Positions 13,924 through 26,361 of a stretch of DNA of 64,000 nt are shown here, piece after piece. Numbering within the stretch: the first letter of the stretch is position 1; each line of letters opens with the position of its first letter. The notes below the pieces were generated by a model that saw only the letters and a list, made by a program, of their open reading frames with translations, was not told the DNA's origin and searched no databases. The stretch comes from Bilabrum cf. latius (lineage: Eukaryota): positions 558,001-622,000 of the forward strand of contig OZ237761.1 in NCBI GenBank assembly GCA_965178125.1, read 5' to 3'. A program made the translations under genes and the position numbers.

Positions 13924-15337
13924 TCACGTTCCTGCGGGGGCAGCAGCGGCGCTCGAAGCTCCCCCCATTGCAGCTCCAGAAGCCCCCGTTGCAGGATCAG
14001 CCGACTTGGCAGCCGCCCTCGCCTTTGCTCTCGCCCTTGACTCCTTCTTGCGCCGCTGTATCTCGCGATAGAGCCGGTCTCTGTAGTCGGCAGCCGTGTA
14101 CTTCTCGTTGTCCGATACCTTGATCCTCAGGATGCGGGGGCACGCGGGCTCATCGTCCGGGTTATGGAACGCCGCCACGTATGGATGAGCAAGTGCCTCC
14201 TTGGCGGAGGGCCTCTTGGCGGGGTTAAAGGAAAGGCACCTGCCAATGAGGTCGAGAGCAATCTTATCCGCCTTGGGGAACACAGAGGCGAGGCTCCTCT
14301 TCTTGACGGGCGGGAGGGATTCCAGCATGGTGGCAGCGTAGGGACTGCTGATGGCCTTCACGTCCTCCTTGGAAGGCATCCCCGTGACCTCCAGGATCCG
14401 GTCCAGCTGGTTGATCGTGGACGACCCGGGGAAGATGGGCTTCCCGTTGATCATCTCGCCTAGGATGCAGCCGACGCTCCACATGTCCACACCCTTGGTG
14501 TACTTGGTGGACCCCAGGAGGATCTCGGGGGCCCTGTACCACCTGGTCGCGACATAGTCGGTTAGAACCACCGCGGGCTTCCCGTCTGCTCCGTCGAGGT
14601 CTGCGATGCTCCTGCACAGCCCAAAATCGCACACTCGCACGTGGCAGTCCGAATTGAGAAGAAGATTGCTCGGTTTGATGTCTCGGTGCAGCAACTCGGC
14701 GGTGTGCATAAAGTACAGCGACTTGAGCAACTGGTAGATGACGTACTGCTTGTGGATGTCCTCTAGAATGTTCGCACGAATCACCGCGTGCAGATCAGTC
14801 TCTGCGCGAAGTGGGTAGATGAAGTCGGGGCCAGGATGCTGCCGCGAGAGGCATCAAGCGGCTTCGGTTTGTGAGATCATCTGCAGTCGAGCGGCCGCGA
14901 CACAACCTGAAGGTCTGCCAAGGTGCTCAGTATGGGAATTTATACTGGCCTCACCCATGTACTCAAAAACCAAAAATATATCCTTGTCGTTTTCAGCTCG
15001 AATGATGTTTGTTAGCCTGATGATATTGTCGTGACCAGCAAGTTCTTGCAAGTACATGATCTCGCGGTACGTTCTTTGCGCATCTGTTGAGTTTCTGAAA
15101 GCATCAAAGCACTTCTTTAATGCCACCGTTTGACCAGATCGACGATCGACTGCTTTCCACACGATACCGTAGGCCTGCTTGCAGAAGACAGAAAACGCTG
15201 CCACCGGATTCATTGCTTCAATCCACGATCATGTGATGTAGACTGCGTGCTCAAAACTCCATTCATCTCACCCCCTTCCCTAACTTCTGTAGTATATCAT
15301 ATTTTCGCAACACGTGCTTTTCAAGCTCTTCGGACAT
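13924..15337 (-). CDS. MAPK15: MAP kinase ERK7/MAPK15-like; exons 15337-15272, 15174-14955, 14801-13924
   Basis: Spliced product [30 protein letters not shown]...[12 protein letters not shown]...[30 protein letters not shown] activation loop. Two canonical GT..AG introns; TGA stop. Confidence 0.93.
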
Positions 15338-15648
15338 GACGTGAGGGCCACCGCGCAAAAGTGGGCCGATTCCGATGGGTCTGGTTAGGCAGTTTGTTGC
15401 GTTCTGTTTGATGATCGTGGGTGGAACGGGGCTTGCGGGTGGTAAGGGGCTTCTACCATTGATGCACGCACCTTTCCGGTACAGTCAAAGCAGACGAGTA
15501 TCGACCAAATATCTACACGCAAAAGTAGCCCACTCGAACTTCCACATGTGGCCTACCACCTCGCCAGATGGTGGTGGATTGCGACCATCAGCGAGAAATC
15601 CGGAGTCGATACTGCTTCAGCAAGCGACCAGACAGGCACCGAACAGGC

Positions 15649-18600
15649 ATGTCTGCTACGCTTCAAGATGCTAGCAGCCTTTTAGAACTTTTGTCAAATG
15701 GATCAGATGCAGATGCAGCTGGTATAGCCGCTGGCCTTACGGCACACCTTCATGAAAGGTCCCAATATGTAGCTGACAGCGAGCTCGATGAGGAAGCACT
15801 CGAGCTTCGCGAACTTAGCGTGATCCTCCAGGACGCGATGTTTGATTCGATTCGATTTGGTTGCAGGGGGACACTGGCCGCCCTCGTAGCCGGCGGCGTC
15901 GCCCCTCGTGACAAACGGCTGTTGCTGCTAGCGTCTCAAATGAACGACCCAACCAGTCTTGCACTGGTGTTGACGGTCCATGGGAATTGGGACGATATAT
16001 CACGTACATCGTAGGCCCACATGCAGGCCGCGATTTCGAATGGAAGTCCAGTGCAGCCCATAGAGGATGGAAGTGTGGATGCCTTCGGTCGCGGTCCGTT
16101 GCACTACGCAAAAACATCTGCCATTGCCGACATCCTTTGTTCATCGTTGGGGTCAGGCATCGATGAGACTCATTCACACTCGAAGAGCGGTGCAAGTCCT
16201 GCTGGGGGTCGTGGGACGGCTGTCGCTGGCCTGCTCGCACCTGACGGCATGGGCCGCTCGCCTCTGCATGCGAGCAGCTGCCTCGGCTAGGACGGACCTT
16301 TGCCCATCTTGCTGCGCCAGCAGCCTATTCTGGCGCGTCTTGATGCAAAAGATGCCGTGGGAATGGCCGCTCTCGGCTATGCGGTGGCAGGGGCTGCGGG
16401 CGGCTTGGTTGCTGCTGCTGGATCTGCCTACCGGGCGAAGCGGGGAAGCGCAGCAGGAGCAGGAGCAGTTGCAATGGCTCCCATGGATGAGTTCGACGCC
16501 ACAGAATGGGCCCTGTTGCACGGATCCCTGGAGCGCCGCACGATTGGCCCGATGCAGTGCATGCACGCTCTCCTCGCGTCGGGCGCGGATGCATCCGCTG
16601 GACAGGGGCCTCTGGCTGAGGGCTTGGTGGCCGTCGCGGCTGCTGGGGCTGCTTTACTCATGGACTTTCTGCGGGATAACTTTGGCGTATTGATTGTGGA
16701 GCCGGCTGGTCCCGCTCGCCCGTAGGAGCAGGGAGTGGATGACTGGGCCGCCGAAGTGGATGCCTCGCTTGGTGCATGCCTCGAGATGCTGCTGCATGCA
16801 GGTGCAGACCCTAGCGCTAGAGTCAGGGTGCGTGCTGCGCAAGTCTCCGATCCACTGGTTCAGGCATTGGAAGGTGATGACAGCCACTAGAGGGAGGGGC
16901 AAGGTGCAAGCCACGAACAAGGTACAGCTAGTGTGGCGGATGGTGCCCCGGCGTCTGGCTCTAGATCCAGCTTTAGCCACATGAGGATAGCCTCCTCTAA
17001 GGATATTCGAGCGGCTGTGAGGGATGCCGATGGTGCCCCGGCGTCTGGCTCTAGATCCAGCTTTAGCCACATGAGGATAGCCTCCTCTAAGGATCTTCGA
17101 GCGGCTGTGAGGGATGCCGATGGTGCCGGCGGGAGCACCCAACAGGCGAAGGGCAGTGGCACTGGGGAACAGTGGGAGAGGAACGTGGTCCGAGTCAAGT
17201 CGAGGCTGAGGCTTGGCACGGGCAAGTCAGCGCTGGAGTTGGGACTGATGTCCTCATCTGCGAGACAAGGGAAGCAATCGCAAGCTACCAAGCGGCGTAC
17301 ATCCGGTTCTGACCTCTAGGTTCAGACCGTTCGCTTGCTTCCCGCGGTGGACTATGGCGCGCTACTGCTTAGCCTCAGGTCAGAGGACCCTGACGTCCTA
17401 GCGGCAGCGAGGGCGCAGTCGCGCGTGGAAGGAGGAACCCACGAGGCAAAACGATCCATGCGACTAGCGGATGCCGTTGCTGCGGACAGCCCTGGGGCAT
17501 TCACTTCGCTGGATGGTGCCGCGAGTGCGAGTGGGTCTGGCTCAGCAGGCCATGCGGATCGTCGCGACACAGTCTCGATCGAAGAGGCCGTCAGCTCCAG
17601 CAACAAACCAAGCACCGTGGCGGCAGTTGATCTGGTTCGTCACTTGCGGCTGCCTCGGTCCGTTGCTTTGTTAGAGCGTTTTGGTGCCACTGCTAGCCGG
17701 TCAGAGCGCCCCCTCAGACCCTCAGTTTAGCAGCACGACGATGAGGTCGAGTCTATCCACAGCATTCCCGAGGTGGTTCACGAGTTTGGCGACAATGATG
17801 CGGAGCAAGGCCCCGAGGAAAGTGATAGCTCAGAGTCAAGCATCACCCCGCCAGGTTCACAGGAAGAATCACCTCAACTGGAAATGGACTCTGCCTCGGC
17901 TGCCGGTCAGCAACCCGACGCTACGTCTTCTGCCTAGGAATTGGCCTCGGGCCAGGCATCCGCTGACAGTGGTGTTACTTCGGGCAGCTGGACAGATGCT
18001 GCCCTGCCCACGGTCGCAGAGGGGCGTGGCGGGGAAGAGGACTCATCGAGGGAGCCAAGCGACCACAGACTGACAAGCACCGACACGGTCGAGATGCATG
18101 CCGCTGCGACCCCCATCCTAGCGCTAGCAAGACAAGGGCCAAGCAAGCCAGCCCTCCCATCCACGCCGTCAGCCAGCTCTACCCCACGTCAGGGCGCAGC
18201 ATTACACAAGGGTCGTCTGAGCACCCCGCGGTCCTTTCGGTTTGCGACACCCATTGGGGGTACTGCTGGTGCCTTCGGCAGAGACCAGAAGGAAGGCGGA
18301 GGCGCGGCCATGCAGCCACTGACGCCGGGGAGCATGGTCCCTTCCTCGCAGCGGCGGATGACCCACGTGAAGTCTTTCAGCATGGGAAGCCGCAAGGGGG
18401 TCGCGCTCGTTGGCGCGATTCGGCTGGGGGAGCCCGCTGCGGTGCAAGGGCTGTTGGAGGCGGGCGTGGATCCCAACGCAAGGGACAGCGAGGGCGTTCC
18501 TGCCCTAGTCGTGGCTGCCAGGCTGGCTCACCCGGAGATGGTGTCACTGCTGCTGGACAAGGGAGCCGAGGTGTCAGCCACGGGCCCTGGGATGGGGGCG

Positions 18601-20247
18601 ACTGCATTGCATGCCGCTGCTACATGCCTGTGGGGCGGCTTGGCGGACAGAGACGCGCAGTAGGACGCCGGCATGTCGACAGCTAGAGCGGCGGGAGACG
18701 TGATAGGGGTACTTCGGCGTTTACTGCACGCAAAGGTAGGGACCCACGTGCCAGACATTAGTGGTCGCACGGCGCTTCACATCGCTGCGTCCATCCCTGG
18801 CTTGGCCAGCTTGACCCAGGCGGTTCTGTCTCTTGCGCGGGATCGGGTGGACAGGGTATAGCGAAGTGATCGTTCGGAAGGATCTAATCGTGCGGGATTG
18901 ACCGTCCGACCGCTTGGTACACGCCAAGAGGAACTGGCAGAATGCGTAGAGCAGATCGTGGATACGTGGTGCGAAGAAGCTGCCCAGTTTGCAGCTATGG
19001 TTCGGAAGGCAGGGGCATCCACGAGCATCCGAGATGCCACGGGACATGACCCCTTGGACTGGGTGAGAGTTGGACTGCGAGTATGTGGAGACAAGATTCG
19101 GGCGTTGTAGCTCGCTCTGATGGTTTCTGAGGAACCGTCTGGACGTAGTGAGCAAAGATCTTCCCACGTTAAAGCAGAGACGTAGACTGCGGCTGAACTG
19201 GTGCGTATTTCTCTTGCAGCCGTTGGGGAAGAAGAGAAATATGCCGCATCGCACGCCGACTAGATGGAGTACTCTGGAAACCGGCCAGGCCAGCAGTACT
19301 TGGCTGAGGACGGCGATGATGACGACGATATCATTGATCTTGAGTCTGATAGTGGCGGCAGCAACGATGCAGGCGACGGCGACGACGACGGATTGGGGAG
19401 TGATTCGGCGAAGATTGGAGACGGTGGTGACCGTGGGATACCTGGTGCAGGTAAGGACGCTGACCTGCAGCTGTCCGTCGCTAGGAGATTGCTGGTTGGC
19501 TTGTTGGAGCTAGATGCGGTGCTCTCTGCAGACTACTAGGAAGAAGAAGGCGGTGATGGTGCACAAGAAGCGGAAGCAAAGAGCGACCCGATGCAGGGCG
19601 CACCGGACACTGGTGGGCGGTAGGGTTCCGCTATTGGCGCTGCGAGTAGGACGAACGAGGATGACTCTGCCCGAGAAGTGCCGGTGCCCATTCCAAGGGG
19701 TCTAGACCGTGGTCAGGTGGGTAGTAGTGACATGGGAAACGATGAAGAAGAGCCTGGCACTGTCCAAGGGCGCATCGATTCGGCTGACGACGGCAATGCC
19801 GGCAGCGAGCCCGATGAGACAAAGGCGAACATAGGTAGTGACAGCAACAGCACGAGTGGAATCCATACCGACCAGTCGGTAGTGTCAGCAAGCCGACCGC
19901 AGGAAATAGGCACCATAGATGCGCCACGGAACATAACAGGAAGTGCAGACAAGCCAGACGACTCAAATGGCGAGCATGACCAAGCAAGCTCCTCTGGCAG
20001 ACGCGATGATGGGGTCAATCAGGCCGCTGGCACACCCACAGATCAGGTCACTGGCGAAGCGACTGCTGCATAGGGTTCCGGTGCAGACAACCCGACGACA
20101 AGTTAGGATGGAAAAGGTGCAGACGCATCAGAGGCGGTCCGGGCAGCTACCGCGAGCCAAGAGCCCGTGCCTTCGGCAAAGGACTCTGCAACAGATCAGC
20201 CAAAAGACAGCAGCGACAGTGGTGGAGGCTGCTGCATAGTCTCTTGA
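15649..20247 (+). CDS. Ankyrin-repeat protein (~1,532 aa) with acidic low-complexity regions and C-terminal CC-CaaX motif
   Basis: Eleven track ORFs lie in one frame separated only by TAG (~16 in total). Ankyrin motifs DAFGRGPLHYA, GRSPLHAS, GVDPNARDSEGVPAL, GRTALHIAA. Ends GGCCIVS-TGA. Confidence 0.85.
16939..17127 (+). repeat. 90-bp in-frame tandem duplication (2 copies plus a fragment) in the ankyrin gene
   Basis: gatggtgcc... starts at 16939, 17029 and 17119; the copies are near-identical. Confidence 0.95.
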
Positions 20248-20342
20248 GCATGCTGAATTGCCGTAGAGCTGTCCTTTTTGAGCTGTTGTTTGTTAGAATG
20301 TCTGCATGAAAGTGGTATTTATTAGTATCGACCTTGTGACCG

Positions 20343-23300
20343 TCATTTATCACCCTCTCCACACAGCGACAGCGCCACTTTGACCAGGCTTGCGACCAGG
20401 TGCTCACCACCCTCTGTATATTCAGGGTGAGGGGAACACGCCACTATGGAGCCACGTCCCACTCTAGCGCTGAGCACCGCTGCTCTGTCGAACATTGCAC
20501 CAGGGGCTGCACTGTGCTCCTGGCAGGATTCGAGAAACCGACCCAGTACAGTGACGTTCGTGGCCGGAGGCTAGCCTTGCTTTGGGAGGGCTGGCTTCGT
20601 CGGCATCTGGCACTCGAAGACCTCCACGATCGGACCGTTGGCATACCTCAACACGACGGGGATGTCAAGCTGCATCGCTTGCAACACGTGCTACATGGCT
20701 GCGCTAACGGTATCAGCAAATGGAAGAAGCATACGGGAGACGCCCGCGCGAACAGGGCGAGCCCCTCCCCTAGTCAATCCAAGAATTTTGCAGGCCTTTA
20801 TGACGGTGGTGTTCCAGGCGCTGGGCGAATCGCTACCAGTGGCACTGTTAGGGGATACGCCACCATTGCTGCCGCTCATGAGTTGTTGCAGCTCAGAAAA
20901 CACGAGCCCACCAGCAACACGAGCCAGAGACGCGGCTGGGCTTCCCAAGCCGGTGCTCGGTTGAGTTCCATTGGTAGTATCGATGGCCCTGCTTGCACTC
21001 TGGCTACCTGCGGACAGCTCTTTCTACAGCAAATGAACCCACGGATGACCAAGCTTATCTCCAGATAGCTACACAGAAACGTCTGCAACACCCCTGCGCC
21101 AGTGCGCTCGATCCACGATCTCGATAGAGTCACCCAGCAAATGCAGCCTAGAATCTGCCAGCGCATAGAACATACCGGCACAGAATCCGCAGAGTGCGCC
21201 GCCACGCTGCACAAATTCCTTAAGTTGCTGCCTACCCTCCTGCACGCCTGGGGCCTGCGGATCAGGGTCACGGAGCAACACCCCTTCGTGCGGGTCCATT
21301 TCATCGTGAGATAGCTTTGGCAAACTGTTTTGAATGCGTGCTGCTGCGTGTGCGAAAGCGGCGTCATAGCGCCAAGCATCTCCACCAGGCAGTATGATGG
21401 CATCGGGAGGACTCTACACAATAGTTGCGGCTGCCGCCACTCCTGCGTGTGGATCACCATCTGGCATGAGGGCTCCTAGTAAAATGTCATGTGCTCGAAT
21501 GAACTGCAGACTTATCCGCCCTGCCTGCTGCAGCGAACCCAGTGCCTGATCGAATGAATGTCGGTGAGGGTCGTCTCTGCCAGCCACGAGCAAGACGGCT
21601 ATCCGCGGCGTCTTAGGATCTGGGGTTCCTGAAGCCTTCTGTTCATGAAATTCAGGCTAGATCTTGCTGTGAGCAGTGCAAATCCCATTGCCAAGAGCCT
21701 GCACTGGTCCACCAGCCAAAACAATGGCAGGGATCGAACCATCAACAGTCTGCGATGGAATCGGAACCCCTGGAAATAGCCTCTCAAGGTCTGTACGTGC
21801 CTGCGAATGCCCAAGCTCGGCTGCCGCTTGGAAAGCAAGCGATTGCGTCAAATCGTTCTCAACAGCCCCACCCGCAGCGGCTGCTCTTGCAGCCGCTCCT
21901 ACCCGCGCGCCACTGTGCTATCGTTGTTCGCGCTTCCGCATGGCCCAGCCCCACGAATACGCAGCCTGCCCCGCCATATCATGGTCACCGCACAGCACAG
22001 CAGCCGCTAGACACAGGTCTCTCGCGCGTTTGGCACCATCTGCGCCGTCTTGTTCCAGCCTAGCAAGGTCCCCAGACTCGGTCGCCTGAAGGCGCAATCG
22101 TCTGGCTAGAGTATGAACATAATTTGTATCAGAAGGGCTGGTAGCGCGCTGCAACATCGACACAAGGTATGCGGCAGGCGCAGCTGCCCGAAACCCTGCT
22201 ATCGTATGTGCGGGGTCCTTGGGCCAGTCGCCACCACGAGCAGCGGCGTTCCACTCGGAGCGGGCAGTGACCTCTTGCGGCGTCTGCAGAAGTGCTAGCA
22301 ACAAGTCGGCTAGGCCGCCGGAACTCAGAGGCTGCCTGTCTATTCGTAGCACGGATGCTGCCAAAGCGAGGGCAGAGGCACCAGAAGTGAGCATCGGCCG
22401 CACGCACCTTCGTAAAGCGTACGGATTTCCACCGGAGGCACCCACTGCAATCAAGCTTGCCCCTGCCGCAACTCTTTGGCAAGCCAGTCGCAAAGCATGT
22501 GGCATGCTAGACAAGGAGGCCGCAGAGGTAGCCTTGGTAACAAGAGCTCCAATTACTGATACCACCTGCACGCCGCTTTTCTCACGGTCTGATGCCCACC
22601 TGCGCGACCTAGCGGCTGCACCTGCCGCATGCAAAAGTGCCTTGTACTCAGCTGCGAATGGGCCGCTGCTATTCAATGCATGTAGGGCCGCAGCGCCCGC
22701 TGCTTGGTTCTCGTCGACACGCTTCGGCTGCGGGCGCGGCAGCTGTTCTGGCAAGGCGATAGGACCCTGCACAGATGGCTCTTTATACGGTATGCGTTCT
22801 AATTGACTGATCAGGCGCGCACTAGCGAGCTTGACGCGCGCTAGCGATGTGGTGGGACACAGAGTGTGGACGCCAAGCCTATCACACGCGTCGGCGAGCT
22901 GTTGCGTTGCCCTCTTGCCCATTTCGCTCGCATACCCCGGTCGAATAGATGGATACTGGGCTAAGCATGCCTTGACAAGTGAGGAAGATGCTGCACTGAC
23001 CTTGGTCCACGTCATGGCCAATAGCTCTGCCTTGTCGGCGGCACTGGCATGTGTCTCATGCCACCACACCGCATCGGCTGACAATCGCAATGCAACGGCA
23101 AGGCAAGATGGACTCTTCGCTGCGACACGGTGCGAGGATACGTGTTGTACAAGTTGCTGCAGCTGCTGCAAAGCTGCTTCTGCTGGACGGATGTTCCCTT
23201 CGCGAGCTCGCATGGCGGCTATGTGCGAGGCAGGCTCTGACGCAAGACTCGATGCGGATTGCATTGCCAAGAGCACCACGCTTCCAGCTAAAGGACATGG

Positions 23301-24746
23301 ATACCGAGCCCTCCAGCTAAAGTCCAGGGGTTGGCACACTGGTTGGCTGCTAGCACAGCCCGCCAGCCCCGCCGCACCTGTTGGCAGGGCCGACCCATCG
23401 TGGCTGTGCAACCCTATGGCAGCGGCAATCCGGCTAGAGTAGTAGGAAGATTCGTCGATCAACTCTCCGCTCTACATGGCCGGACATTGCACCATGGCAC
23501 CACGCCGCTTTCTGTCGAGCTGTTCGGTGGCATATTTCCGCGTGGCCCAGGCCCATGAGGGTCCCAGCCCGCCCACCATGTGCTCAAGCTGAAACCACAT
23601 CTGCCGCGTCAGCAGGCCGACTTCGCCCTCTGATGAGCCCTACGCAAGGGCCTGCATGGAAGCCACGATGTGACCTCTAGCTGCCACCATAGTATCAGGT
23701 ATATCCAAGCAATCGTCAAGCTCCCTCCAGCCCAAGCCCGCGAAAGAACCAGCGTCTCGGCTGGTGGCGGCCGTCGGCCCATCCGCCTCTGGCACTGTTG
23801 GCCATGCTTCCGATTGCTCCTCGTCCCAGACCCACACAAATACGTCAACGTCATTAATACTTTTAGCGACAACCTTCCCTATCTACAGCCTGTCGCCCTC
23901 TGACCAGAAGAAGCCCCCAGCCCTGTCACAAAAATCGGGTACTGCCGCCACCAGTTCGCTGATTCCCCGCGAAGCAGAAGATTCGGCACCACTGGCAGCC
24001 CGGCTATGACCAGATGAACCACTTCCATCACCACCCCGGCGATCGCTGCTCGCGAGCGGCATCGGTTTGTTCCCTGTGAGTCCACGACCGTCCCACCGCG
24101 GCACAGGAGCCCGCCTCGCCGCCCACCCACGGACTGGAGCATTGCCCACATGCACAACCTCGAATGCAACACGACTACGAAAATATGACTGTAATAATGT
24201 ACACTGGTGCCTTGCTGCCTGCATACAGGCTTCGAGTGGCTTGCTGCCTGCCGGGCTAGCGCTGTCATTACACAGCACGGTGCACACCCCAATCCGAACA
24301 CATGGATGACTCGCAGCACTTGCGCTGCCAGTCTGCTGAAACGGAAGGAGGGGCATAGGACCGCCTGTACCCTCTAGCAATTCCATCATAGACTGTTTAG
24401 GGAAAGATGCGCCGTGCATGGGATTTGACGCCACAGTGGCTAGGAAGGGGCCGGGAAGCCCGACCTCGCCGAGAGGTTCGGCCCGCAGCTGCCTATTGCC
24501 CGCCTAAAGCCACAATCGGCAACCCCCTGCAGCGACTGGTGCCTCTATGATTGACATTGACATTTTGACGCCAGGTACTGCTTGTCTGGCCAGAGATGGA
24601 GGTGCTGTGGCTTGCTGGGACGGACGTGCCGATCCGAGACTCTAGGGTGCAAGATCGGGTTGCCGGTGACTGTGCTCCTGAGCCTGAAGGCCAGCATGGT
24701 TGATGTTTGACCTATCTGTAGGAACCACTGATGACGTGCAACCCAT
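20343..24746 (-). CDS. Large protein (~1,467 aa): N-terminal MGC acylation motif and C-terminal BPL_N-like class I glutamine-amidotransferase-fold domain
   Basis: Single frame through TAGs only. Starts MGCTSS. C-terminal motifs DAIILPGG, FVQRGGALCGFCAG, RYANGP and CSPHPE. TGA at 20343. Confidence 0.78.
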
Positions 24747-25054
24747 ACTCAGGTTGATTTCACGCTCTAAAGTTGATATTCTCTCCGCGAGAATGCTAGG
24801 GGTTAGTTGGCTTACAAAGCGAAGCAGTGGCTTGCGAGAAAGAAACAAGTCCGAAAAAATGAATCAAGAAAACGAAATTGTTGCCACAGTTATGTCCTTC
24901 GCGTGTGCTGCGGCCTGAAGGAAGGAAGGAGTTCTGGCCTGGCTTGGCCGTAGATCGAGCACTACCATGCAGTGGTCCATCATTTTTCTGCTTTCCTGCT
25001 GCTCTTCTTCAACAGATCGCTTTGAAAGATTCGCCATTTATCACCTCTTAATCC

Positions 25055-26191
25055 ATGCAAGGATTCATTGATTCTGTTGCCGGTGCTTGGGATAAGAGTA
25101 ATTGGCAGGTTCTTGCCGTGTCTGCTGCAGTTGCGGCGTCAGGTTTATTTCTTGCGCATATGACCCGACGAAGACGCGTATCTGCTCGATAGGCCAAGGT
25201 TCTAATCATTGGCGGCACACATGGGCTTGGTTTGCAGCTGCAACGGCAGTTTGTGAGACTAGGTGACAGGGTAGTGGTTGTTGGTAGGAAATGCGGGTCC
25301 ACAGTGCCTGGCATCGCACACTTTATTTCAGCAGATGTATCGAGAGCCGAAAATGTGTCTTCAATGATGAAAGATGCGTTCGACAAGCTGGGTGGATGTG
25401 ATGCTGTGATCTGCAACGCTGCTCTCACGCAATCAATAAAAGGACCGCTCGCCGGGTCTACCGCCGCAGAACTGCAAGAAGCCTCTCAGGTAATTCAAAC
25501 AAATCTGACCGGCTCAATGATGTGCGCAGCCGCTGCAATCGGAGAGATCAAGCAGCGTGGCGGGCAGGGCCATATTTTTTTTATGGAGGGGGCGGGTTCG
25601 AACTCACGTGCCACGCCAAATAGCGCTGCCTACGGCGCTTCCAAGGCGGGCCTGAGCCAGCTAGCAGCAACACTGTAGAAAGAAGTATCGCATGGTAAAC
25701 ATGGGGTGGGGGTGCACCTACTTCAGCCAGGCATGATGATCACAGATCTGTTGATGCGCAGCTGCTCCTCGCCGACCACGGCACGGGTCTTCAACGTGCT
25801 AGCAGAGCCGCCCGCCACCGTGGCAAAATGGATGGCCCCCTAGATCCGTAGCATTGCGCTGCAGAGAACAGGGAAGAAAGCTCTGCCTTGGCCACGGGAT
25901 GAGGCTCCGAGTCGTAGTTCGGAGCAAGAGGGCACTGCTTCAGCTGTCCCGTCCGAGGCAACAGGCGAACACGAACAGGAGTCCAGCGAATCGGCACCTG
26001 AGATGGTCTCTAGTGGCGAGGCGGTGCGATTCTTGCAGCCTCTTGGCGTCATATGGCGTTTTATGGGCTGGTTTGGCGCCAAGGACCGCCTGATCGACGA
26101 GGCCAAGGCGCCTACTTTGGTGCAAGAGGGAAGGGACTGGAGGGAGGCAGTGACGGACCCGCAGCTCTAGAAGGACTGCCAAGAGCGATGA
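25055..26191 (+). CDS. Short-chain dehydrogenase/reductase, chlorophyll(ide) b reductase NYC1/NOL-like (378 aa)
   Basis: IIGGTHGLG, NAA, GHIFFMEGAGS, YGASK, VHLLQPGMMITDLL, FNVLAEPPATVA. Four in-frame TAG; TGA stop. Confidence 0.8.
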
Positions 26192-26361
26192 ACGTTTGTG
26201 TTCCAAAGAAATGCTTAAACTGTACAATCCTGGGATACCCATTGAATTACAGACCTAAAATAAGGCCCACAGGCCTCGCAAAGGCTGCATGTCGCGCACA
26301 AAAGCTCCAAGCCCAACCAACGTGGCAGGAACCACTTGTCCCACTCCCTGCTGCCGTCTCT

